The translations under genes and the position numbers were made by a program. A stretch of DNA of 64,000 nt from Heteronotia binoei (Eukaryota), in assembly GCF_032191835.1 (NCBI RefSeq), contig NC_083232.1, positions 43,710,001 through 43,774,000 on the forward strand. The letters are read 5' to 3'. The stretch's first letter is position 1; each line of letters starts with the position of its first letter. Positions 1 to 10,100 of the stretch are shown piece after piece. The notes beneath the pieces were generated by a model that worked only from the letters and a program-made list of their open reading frames with translations, searched no databases and was not told where the DNA came from.

Positions 1-1765
1 CTGAAGGAGGATAGGGAAATGGCTGAGAAGCTGAATGAATTTTTTGCCTCCGTCTTCACTGTGGAAGATGAGAACTTTTTGCCTGCCCCAGAACCACTAA
101 TTTTGGAAGGGGTGTTGAAAGACCTGAGTGAGATTGAGGTGACAAGAGGTACTACAACTGATAGACAAATTAAAAACTAATAAGTCACCAGGTCCGGATA
201 GCATACATCCAAGAGTTCTGAAAGAACTCCAAGTTGAACTTGTGGATCTTCTGACAAAAATATGTAATCTTTCATTGAAATCTGCCTCCGTTCCTGAGGA
301 CTGGAAGGTAGAAAATGTCACCCCCATCTTTAAAAAGGGTTCCAGAGGAGATCCGGGAAATTACAGGCCAGTCAGTCTGACTTCAATACCGGGAAAGTTG
401 GTAGAAAGCATTATCAAGGACAGAATGTATAGGCACATTGATGGACACAGGTTATTGAGGAAGACTCAGCATGGGTTCTGTAAGGAAAGATCTTGCCTCA
501 CTAACCTGTTACATTTCTTTGAGGGGGTGAACAAACATGTGGACAAAGGAGACCTGATAGATGTTGTTTACCTTGAGTTCCAGAAAGCTTTTGATAAAGT
601 TCCTCATCAAAGGCTCCTTAGAAAGCTTGAGAGTCATGGAGTAAAAGGACAGGTCCTCTTGTGGATCAAAAACTGGCTGAGTAATAGGAAGCAGAGAGTG
701 AGTATAAATGGGCAGTCTTCGCAGTGGAGGACAGTAAGCAGTGGGGTGCCGCAGGGCTCGGTACTGGGTCCCATGCTCTTTAACTTGTTCATAAATGATT
801 TAGAGTTGGGAGTGAGCAGTGAAGTGGCCAAGTTTGCAGATGACACTAAATTGTTCAGGGTGGTGAGAACCAGAGAGGATTGTGAGGAACTCCAAAGGGA
901 TCTGTTGAGGCTGGGTGAGTGGGCGTCAACGTGGCAGATGCGGTTCAATGTGTCCAAGTGCAAAGTAATGCACATTGGGGCCAAGAATCCCAGCTACAAA
1001 TACAAGTTGATGGGGTGTGAACTGGCAGAGACTGACCAAGAGAGAGATCTTGGGGTCATGGTAGATAACTCACTGAAAATGTCAAGACAGTGTGCGTTTG
1101 CAATAAAAAAAGGCCAACGCCATGCTGGGAATTATTAGGAAGGGAATTGAAAACAAATCAGCCAGTATCATAATGCCCCTGTATAAATCGATGGTGCGGT
1201 CTCATTTGGAGTACTGTGTGCAGTTCTGGTCGCCGCACCTTAAAAAAGGATATTATAGCATTGGAGAAAGTCCAGAAAAGGGCAACTAGAATGATTAAAG
1301 GGCTGGAACACCTTCCCTATGAAGAAAGGTTGAAACGCTTGGGACTCTTTAGCTTGGAGAAACGTCGACTGCGGGGTGACATGATAGAGGTTTACAAGAT
1401 AATGCATGGGATGGAGAAAGTAGAGAAAGAAGTACTTTTCTCCCTTTCTCACAATACAAGAACTCGTGGGCATTTGATGAAATTGCTGAGCAGACAGGTT
1501 AAAACGGATAAAAGGAAGTACTTCTTCACCCAAAGGGTGATTAACATGTGGAATTCACTGCTACAGGAGGTGGTGGCGGCCACAAGTATAGCCACCTTCA
1601 AGAGGGGTTTAGATAAAAATATGGAGCAGAGGTCCATCAGTGGCTATTAGCCACAGTGTGTGTATATATATATAATTTTTTTTTGCCACTGTGTGACACA
1701 GAGCGTTGGACTGGATGGGCCATTGGCCTGATCTAACATGGCTTCTCTTATGTTCTTATGTTCTT
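1..1765 (+). mobile_element. CR1 LINE, 3' part (ORF2 reverse transcriptase, frameshifted; 3' UTR with (TTCTTATG)n tail)
   Basis: ORFs 242-1138 and 1216-1650 carry RT motifs (PGNYRPVSLTS, GVPQGSVLGP, FADDTK). An extra A in the A-run near 1104-1112 breaks the frame. Ends in the CR1-type tail ...CAACATGGCTTCTCTTATGTTCTTATG. The 5' part runs off the window. Confidence 0.95.
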
Positions 1766-3907
1766 TTTTTTAAATTATTATTTTTATTAACTCTTATAAT
1801 ATTGAGCATTACAACGTATGTTTGTTTCACCCCCCCATCCCTCCCCATCTACTCTTAATCTTTCCCCCTCAGCCATGGGCACAAAGTCTTGATCTTCCAC
1901 TGAATGTCCTTCCTTCTTTGTTCCGACATCCAATGTAAATAGAGCTTCCATCTGGACTCAATTTCCTTGGCTTTATCTTCCCACGTTGAATCCTTATTGA
2001 TTGATGCCACGATGTCAGACTGTATAAAATCAAGAAGAAGAAGATATTGGATTTATATCCCGCCCTCCACTCCGAAGAGTCTCAGAGCGGCTCACAATCT
2101 CCTTTACCTTCCTCCTTTACCTTCCCTGCGAGGTGGGTGGGGCTGGAGAGGGCTCTCACAGCAGCTGCCCTTTCAAGGATAACCTCTGCCAGAGCTATGG
2201 CAGACCCAAGGCCATTCCAGCAGGTGCAAGTGGAGGAGTGTGGAATCAAACCCGGTTCTCCCAGATAGGAGTCCACACACTTAACCACTACACCAAACTG
2301 GCTCTCCAATCAAACAAATAATTGTGCCAGATATCTATTGACCATTTACTTTTATCTTTCCAACCCATAGCAATGACCGCCTTCCCCGCTAATATCATTG
2401 CCTTGGCAAGGTTTTGAGTGGATCTATTTAGTACCGGACTTCCTATTGTACTTAACAACATCAGGTTAAAGCCGATGGTTAATGTTACATTACAGACTTT
2501 TCTGATAATTTCAATAATTTCCCCCCAGAAGGGCTTAACCTCATCACATTCCCACCACATATGTGCGAACCAACCCTTAGTTTGTTTACAATGCCAACAC
2601 TTGGAACTCATTCCTGGGAATATATTGACTAGTTGTGCGGGTGTCCTATACCATTTTGTAAGGAATTTATATTCCAGTTCTTTAAATTTAATTACTTTAA
2701 TCCCTTCTAGACCTTCCAGAATTTTCCCAGCCAACCTCTCTGTTATCTGGCCTTCATGACTCCAATTCTTTTGTAAATATTCTATTGTTTTATCTTTGTT
2801 TGATATCATTTTTCTACATAATAACCCCACTAGTCCCTTCCTTTGTTTGGCCAAAACTTTGTATATCTCATCCATTGGTGCATCTGACCAGAGCTCTCCC
2901 TTTTCATTGATCTTTTTGACTGCCTTGTGTAAGCCTGCTATTTTTAACCAGTATTGTTTACCTATCTCTTCTGTAATTTCCTGTGAAGGTTTTAGTTTAC
3001 CACCCCTAAACATATCATCCACTCTATAATAGCCTTTATTTTTTAACCTTTCCCACCATTTTATATCTTGCACATCCTTAACAATAGCTTCTAGGGGTGC
3101 CCATCTTGAGACCTTTCCTAACCACTGAGGATACCATTTCATCCAGGTTTCTAAAGATACTCTTCTGGGCCCTAATACTGCTTTTAAATCTTTTGCCAAC
3201 ACTATAGAAAAGATACCAAATCTTCCAATACCTCTATTCACTGCATTCTCTAAGTTAGCCCACTTCTGTACCTTTTCCTCACTCAGTTCTAATAGCACTC
3301 TTAGTTGAAAGGCCTCATAGTATTTATTTAAGTCTGGGATTCCCCAACCTAATTCTGATTTAAGGTTATATAAAGTTCTCTTATGAAACCTACAATTTTT
3401 GTTAGTAAAAATCCACACTTTAAATGCTTTATTCCATTGCTCAATTTGTTTTTTCCTCAAACCTAGGGGCAACGTTTGGAATAGATACATTAACTTTGGT
3501 AACCAGAACATTTTGAGGGATCTTATTCTAGCTGATATCCCTAATATTTTATGGTTCCATTTATTCATGTCTCTCTCTATTTTCTTCCATACTTTACGAT
3601 AGTTTTCCTTTATCATTTTATCAATATCTTTTTGCAAAACTATTCCTAGGTATTTAAGTCTCTTAGCCCCCATTCCTATATTCGTAATCCTATTTATTTC
3701 CTGTCTTTCCTCTCTATTAACATTAAGGTATAGAATTTCTGATTTTGCCATATTCACTCCTAGTCCTGAACACTTTTCAAAGTCTTCTAAAATAATCTTG
3801 ATCTCTTTAACACCGTCTTTAGGGTTTGACATAATTACAATGATATCGTCCGTGAATAAATTAATTTTCATTTCTTCCTTACCCGACTTATACTCCTCTA
3901 TTCTCCC
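1766..3907 (-). mobile_element. 5'-truncated L1/Tx1-clade LINE inserted in the CR1 tail, itself interrupted by a SINE
   Basis: 527-aa ORF 2288-3871 (FTDD RT motif, C-terminal CWHCKQTKGWFAHMWWEC knuckle). Poly(A) seen as a T-run near 1764-1771. 16-bp TSD ATGTTCTTATG(T/C)TCTT at 1750-1765 and 3908-3923. Removing the SINE restores the frame (WHNYLFD-FIQSDIV...RGKD*, stop 1855-1857). Confidence 0.92.
2032..2307 (-). mobile_element. tRNA-derived SINE (Squam3-like, L2-type tail)
   Basis: Head AGCCAGTTTGGTGTAGTGGTTAAG with A/B-box-like motifs, (TTC)n tail, 4-bp duplication AATC at 2028-2031 and 2308-2311. Near-identical copies at 24.0, 45.3 and 53.7 kb. Confidence 0.88.
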
Positions 3908-3923
3908 ATGTTCTTATGCTCTT

Positions 3924-4435
3924 ACCAGGTAGATGCCACAGCCAAAAAGGCCCTGGTCCTATTAAAAGCTAGTTGGACATCTTTTGGCCTGGGGACTAAA
4001 TGTAAGCCTTTGCTGATTACAGATTGCTGCTACAGTAAAATTTGGGAATTCCTCTTGATGGGTAAAGTTGCTGATTCTGTTTTAAGGTCCAACAATCAAC
4101 TTGGTCTAAGTTGATGGATAAATGGTTTCCCTTCCTGAGTAGCACAGTTATAGATCAAACATTATTTCTGAAATCAGCATTATCATTGTTATCATTTTTC
4201 TAAGATTTTTTATCTGACATGTTAATATAATTACTTCTTTCTCTGTCTAAATACAAGTTAAATGTTATCTAAATAAGTACTAGTTTTACAAAATTTTCTG
4301 AATCTTTGTAAAATGGGAGACATCATAATGAATCTTCCAAACTTTGTAAGATTATTGTAAAACTTATGAATATTTTGTTCCTTCTTTTTGTTCAATATGT
4401 TGTATATCTTTATTGTTCAATAAAAAAAAATTAAA
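3924..4435 (+). mobile_element. Older degraded L1 3' end
   Basis: Broken reading ...AKKALVLLKASW...IWEFLLMGKVADSVL...MDKWFPFLS, typical of an L1 ORF2 C-terminus, followed by AATAAA and an A-run near 4419-4430. Confidence 0.6.
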
Positions 4436-5539
4436 AGTGGGGGGAGGAGGGAATGAGGTGAAAATCTGCTTTGAGTTCCTGATAAGGAAGAAAAGTGGAA
4501 TATATAAGATAATAAGAATGTCAGAAGTTCATGGTGTCCGAAAAATGGGAGATTCTGTTATCGGCTTCCATATATAGCTGATACAAAGTATCCAGGTCAT
4601 CTAGCATGTTTAAAACAGTTATTCTTGTAGATTTCCTCATAAGATTTATGGCAATTGTTTCTATGGCTAGAATAAACCATATTACCGTCTGAAGCATCTT
4701 CCTTCTGTTGGATTAAAAACTTCCATTCTTCCATTAACAGCCCTCCACTGTTTCCCGCTCTTTCCAGCCCCAAAAGCTTTCTTGCATTTCCCGAGGTCCT
4801 GCCCCTTCAGGTCTGCTCTACACTGGTCTTTCCCTCTTCATAGACTTTGTCTGTGACTTGAGCTAAACATTTGATAAGAGGATTGAACCCTGAGAATGTA
4901 GAAAATACAACTTGGGGAGTACATTCATACTTGAAAAATCAATTTAAATTAGTTAAAGTAGGGGTATCAAACATGCAGTTCGGGGGCCGAATCAGGCCCC
5001 CGGAGAACTCCTATCAGGTCCCCGAGCAACTGGCTGTCATCTGCTTCCTTCTCCCTCTCTCTTGCTTCTTTCTGCATAACAGTTTGCTTTGCAAAGCTTG
5101 TTCAATTTCACATGAGCGACAGAACAAAACTTCTATTTTCTCCATTGGCTGAGGCTCCTCCCTTGGGGAGAAAGGGGGGAGGAATAGCTTGATTTGCCAG
5201 GCTCTCTCAATTGCACAGTGGAGCTACTGAGTCAAGCCTCTTTTCCTTCTATTGGCTGAGGCTCCTCCCCCCTGAGTCCCCTGGGGAAGGAAGGAAAGAG
5301 CCAGAGCTTCCTTTGCCCAGTTCCCTGGATCCCATGGGAGAAATACAAAGAAAGCATCTTTAAGACCAATGAGTGATAACATTTTAAGCATGTTTTAAGT
5401 TTATATATATTTATATATATATTTCAACATATGAAGCTGCCTTATACTGAATCAGACCCTTGGTCCATCAAAGTCAGTATTAGGGTTTGTAGAATCTTTC
5501 GGGCTCAAGTGCCGTGTTCTACTGGAGAAAGTTTTCCTT

Positions 5540-5580
5540 CCAGACGTTTCGTTCTCAGCTGCGGAGAACATCCTCAGTGG
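5540..5580 (-). ncRNA. Minimal type I hammerhead ribozyme motif (inverted copy)
   Basis: Exact reverse complement of 5751-5791. Confidence 0.8.
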
Positions 5581-5750
5581 CATTGCAGCCGGAGCAGGCG
5601 CTCTGACCTTCTTGGCTGCTGTGCATTGAGGCTCCTGCCCCCTGAGTCCCCTAGGGAAGGAAGGAAAGAGCCAGAGCTTCCTTTGCCCAGTTCCCTGGAT
5701 CTCAATGCACAGCAGCCAAGAAGGTCAGAGCGCCTGCTCCGGCTGCAATG

Positions 5751-5791
5751 CCACTGAGGATGTTCTCCGCAGCTGAGAACGAAACGTCTGG
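5751..5791 (+). ncRNA. Minimal type I hammerhead ribozyme motif
   Basis: CCA-CTGAGGA-T-GTTCTC/GAGAAC stem II-GAAA-CGTC-TGG: complete CUGANGA and GAAA core, GUC cleavage triplet, palindromic ACGU stem III of the dimer-type motif known from Penelope pLTRs. Confidence 0.8.
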
Positions 5792-7011
5792 AAGGAAAAC
5801 TTTCTCCAGTAGAACATGGCACTTGAGCCCGAAAGATTCTACAAACCCTAATGATGTTACCAGACATGAAAACCTGAAATCTTTGAAAGTCAGTATTGTC
5901 TTCTCAGACTGGCAGCGGCTCTCCATGGTCCCAAGCTGAGTTTTTTCACACCTATTTGCCTGGACCCTTTTTTGGAGATGCCAGGGATTGAACCTGGGAC
6001 CTTCTGCTTCCCAAGCAGATGCTCTACCACTGAGCCACCATCCCTATTTGTCTGTGTTCTTTGCAAAATTTGTATCTCTGCTACCTAATTTTAAATAGGT
6101 ACACACATGTCCCAGCCCGACATGGCTTGGCCCAACCTGACAGGGCCCGGCCCAACAAGGTTTCATTTATGTCAGTTCCAGTCCTCATAACAAATGAGTT
6201 CGACACCACTGTAAAGACTTAGTAAGTGCAGAAACTAAGCTCATTTATGTGTACTGTGCTAGAATCTGCCTCCCTACATACTGTTATTCCACTTTTGACA
6301 TTCTCTGTTACTCATCTTTTCCCATAAACTTACACAAAGGCCAGTTTGAAATAGCACAGTTTCGGCTACCACCTCATTACAGAGCATGCATAGATGTAGG
6401 CCAACTGAGGGATGGTCTCCCAAGCAACACTTCTTGAGCACAGATCCAAAACAGGAAATATTCCTGAACTCTCCATGCACATGACATGCAGTTGGGCCAT
6501 CCTAGTTTATGAGGTTCAAAGACATTCCAGGAGGTTGCAAAACACAGATTTAGAAGCAGTGAAAAGAAACACTGCAGCAGAATAATTTCTGTAGAACTTA
6601 AATTATGTAGCATGAACACCTCAAGTATGATCAACATGCAAGTATTAAACAGTTTTCAAAATCTACACCAGTGCTGATCAGAAACCAGCAGTAATGCGGA
6701 AACAAGGCAGTGGTCTGTGGTCTCAGAGACAGAAGAACATGTCAGCAATGCAAATGTCTCAGGACCAGAACCCACAATTTGTTTTGGAACATCATTCTCC
6801 AATGGGCTGAAATGAAACAGCATGACCATTGCACATATGAGTATGCATACTTAAACAAAATAGGTTTCAAAATCTAAATGTATAAGTACAATTAATCTGC
6901 AGAAACCAGTGACTATATTAAAGTGAGCAATGGTACTAATACAGATCAGCAGTAAAAACTTATCATGATAAGAACCCACAATTCATTTGGGATCACAATG
7001 GGTTGACTTAC

Positions 7012-7191
7012 TCTTGATCATACCGCAAGTCCGCTCACAATCTTTCTCACTTGAAAATTTATTTTCATTCCCTCCACATCCACCATAATTGAACTCCTTG
7101 CAAGTCTGTGTGTATTGGTCGTAATACCATTTAGGAATGATAGCCTTGCAGAATCCTATATCGCTTGGCAGCAGGCAGATCTCCCTGTTGT
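7012..7191 (-). CDS. Kunitz exon (KD1 type), P1 = Lys
   Basis: 180 nt, DNREICLLPSDIGFCKAIIPKWYYDQYTQTCKEFNYGGCGGNENKFSSEKDCERTCGMIK; TTATAG acceptor, GTAAGT donor. Not listed in the ORF track. Confidence 0.93.
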
Positions 7192-10100
7192 CTATAAGAA
7201 AAAGGGAAATATAAGGTGCTTCAGTTCAATCTGATTGGACCTTGTAAATAGATCCCACTTCAACAAAAGCAGTCATGGTAGCCTCTGCCAACTGTGGACA
7301 GTTAACCCAAAAGCAAGAGATAATTTTCTCATGATCATTGTACATCATCTTCCAGTTGCCCATCAAGAGTCACCTTGGCATAGTGGTTACAGGGGCTAGA
7401 GAGACAGGATTTAAATCCCCACTCTGCCATAAAATTTGCTGGGTGACTTTAAGTCCCCTTCTACCTAGCCTACCTCATACAGCTGTGGTTGTGGAAGAAA
7501 TGGGTAAGAGGAAGGATAGGATAAGCAAATGATAGATATATAAGGGAACATAAGATAATGGAAGATAACAAAATATAAAGTTTGGGGAGGAACCAAGCAT
7601 TTGCATGGCACTGTCTGGGGCAGTGATGCTCTGCATTCTTGGTGCCTTGGAGGCAACAGTTGGAGGGCTTCCAGAGTCTGGCCTGCTGGTGGACCTCCTG
7701 ATGGACCTGGTGCTGCAAGCCATGGCAAGTTGGCTCAGGCTGAGTAGGTTGAAGCTGAATTCAATGAAGACAGAGGTCCTTTGCCTAGGTCATGGCAGTC
7801 TGGGAAGGGAAATCCCTCTTCCAGTTTTTGATGGTACGCCATTGAAAGTGGTGCGCAAGGTCAAGAGCTTGGGGATTCTACTGGAGCCTTCCTTGTCAAT
7901 GGAGGCCCAGATAGCAGCCACGGCTAAATCCGCTTTTTTCCACCTTAGACGTGCAAGGCAGTTGACTCCCTTCCTAGAGTGTGCCGGCTTGGCAACATGC
8001 AACGGTCACCTCGATTTGGATTACTGTAATGCTCTTGGATTACTGTAATGGGGCTGCCCTTGTGCCAAACCCAGAAGTTGCAGCTAGTGCAATGCGGCAG
8101 CCAGGCTGTTATTAGGGCTCCCGAAGTGGGAGCACATGCAACCGGGGCTGTGGACTTCAAACAGAGACAGGCAGCTGTCTAGCCTGAGATATCCTGCACA
8201 CAGGAAGGTGAGACTAAATTGCCTAGAAGGCTTCTTCCAATTCCAATAGGGGGGGGGGGGGAACAGTATGGAAAACAGCATTACCTTCCTCTGACAGGCA
8301 GTAATTCATACATGAAAATTTAGTCAAAAATCGATTTTCATTTCCTTTACATCCCCCATAGTAAAATCTGTCACACTTCATTGTATTCAGGTTAAAGAAA
8401 TATCTTTTATAGAAAGCTCCACATTTTCCTTCATTGAGTTCCGGTCGGCATTCTTTGGGAACTCCTAAAGTAAAAAGAATCTACATGTCAATCAAAAGGC
8501 CAACCTAAGGTCAATTTATGAGCCATGCTGCCTGGTTGGGCAAAGTGTCCATCCCTGTTGGCTGTGGTATGGCTGGTAGGACCAGTGGTCCATGGAGTTC
8601 CTCAATATTTCTATCAACAGTCTACACACAGTTACATTGACATCATCACAGACATGGAACACCGACCACATGGTAACCATTAACAATAAGGTTATGAAAA
8701 GGACATGGTCTTTTAAAAATGGAAGATTGTGTTCTTGGTAATCACAGGCTTTTTTCCCTACATTTATACCCTACTTTTCTCCACAGTGGGGACCCATAAC
8801 TGCTTACAGCATTACATTCTATTTTACCCCTCAGAATACCCCTGTGAGTGCATATAGCCAGCAATATAGTGGAACAGTTGCTGGATTGACCAAAAAAGAC
8901 CATAGAGGATGTTTATGTACACAGAAACATGCATAGCCTGGCCTCTCAGTTACACATGCCAAAAAGAGACCCAGCAAAGAATAGCCTTGGAGAGGGACAA
9001 GAATCAAAGTAGTAATGGCCTTGAGTTGATTAGATGTCAAAGTTGTTGAGGCCAAGGTGCAAAAGAATGTCAAGAATGTCCAATTTCACATAAGTGAACT
9101 TGTGGTTCAAAGATGGGGCATATTAGTTGGGGGCCAGAAGATATCTATAGGCATAAGACACTTGTGATTCTTATTTTTAAACAGGCTTTGTTAAGATAAT
9201 AGCAAGAATGAACAAATAGGTCTTATATATTTTAAGAAGGATTTTCATGTACAGATAACCTTGTATGGTGTTTGAGGATAAGCAGTTAATTAGCCAAGTA
9301 TGTGTGCCTTTATCAAGTGGGACAACCAGCTTTTGTTAGGAGATAATGTTCAGAACCTACAAATATGGGAAGCTGGATTGATTGAGAACTACTTCTCAGA
9401 AGTGACCTACTTATCTTTGGGGAAATATATATTTTATAAACTCATGTAATCGCTCTCCTTTAATTCTTTGCGTGCCTCTAATAGATGGTATAGATTGCTG
9501 TTGATTTGATAGGGAATGCAGCACTGCTTTAATAAAATGCTTTAATAAAAGATTAACATGGAAGCAATTTTTTTTAAAAAATGTATTATTTGTATGCTGT
9601 ATCCACAGCAGATCAAAAATGTTACTGAGTTCTACTTCAAGTCATTAGCTAAATGATCTGACATTGGAAAGTTAACACTAGATGTCCAGGGCTTTGTATG
9701 TACATGCCTATCTCTGAATCAGAGTTGACTAGAGTAGTTTGGATGAGAGACGACTGGTCCAAGATCACTCATCAAGCTTCCATGGTCGAATAGGGATTCA
9801 AAGCTGGGTCTCCAAGTTTGCATTCTGGCATTGTAGCCACAACATGCTTTAGAACAGCGATAGGGAACGTTGGCTCGCCAGATGTTTTTTTTGCCTACAA
9901 CTCCCATCAGCCCCAGCCATTGGCCATGCTGGCTGGGGCTGATGGGAGTTGTAGGCAAAAAGCATCTGGAGAGCCAACGTTCCCTACCTCTGGTTTAGAA
10001 CAATCCTTCCTAAGGTATTACTGTTCTAATTCCAGTGATTTTCTTGTTTACATAGGGGAAATAGTATAAAAGTCACTAACTACCTCATTCTGTGACTCAG

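Larger units (their letters stand above)
5479..5885. mobile_element. Penelope-like element remnant as inverted pseudo-LTR fold-back (152-bp arms, 70-bp loop)
   Basis: Arms 5479-5630 and 5701-5852 are reverse complements with one mismatch. The right arm extends to 5885. 12-bp duplication AAAGTCAGTATT at 5470-5481 and 5886-5897. Confidence 0.8.
5430..6045 (-). mobile_element. tRNA-derived SINE with CR1-type tail (split by the Penelope insertion)
   Basis: tRNA-like head (reverse of GGGATTGAACCTGGGACC...GCTCTACCACTGAGCCACC) near 5985-6040; tail ATGAAGCTGCCTTATACTGAATCAGAC at 5430; interrupted at AAAGTCAGTATT. Confidence 0.65.
4959..6211. mobile_element. hAT-type non-autonomous element in Kunitz-paralog intron, hosting a SINE and a Penelope insertion
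   Basis: Ends TAGGGGTATCAAAC and GAGTTCGACACCACTG resemble imperfect CAGGGGTGTCAAAC TIRs. The homologous intron of canonical TFPI2 (about 34205-34230) has the empty site. Confidence 0.7.

Noticed and set aside
2282-2307. tRNA-like and 5S-like sequences (here and at 24.2, 31.8, 45.1, 45.3, 53.9 kb)
   Set aside because: They are SINE heads continuing into SINE bodies, not tRNA or rRNA genes.
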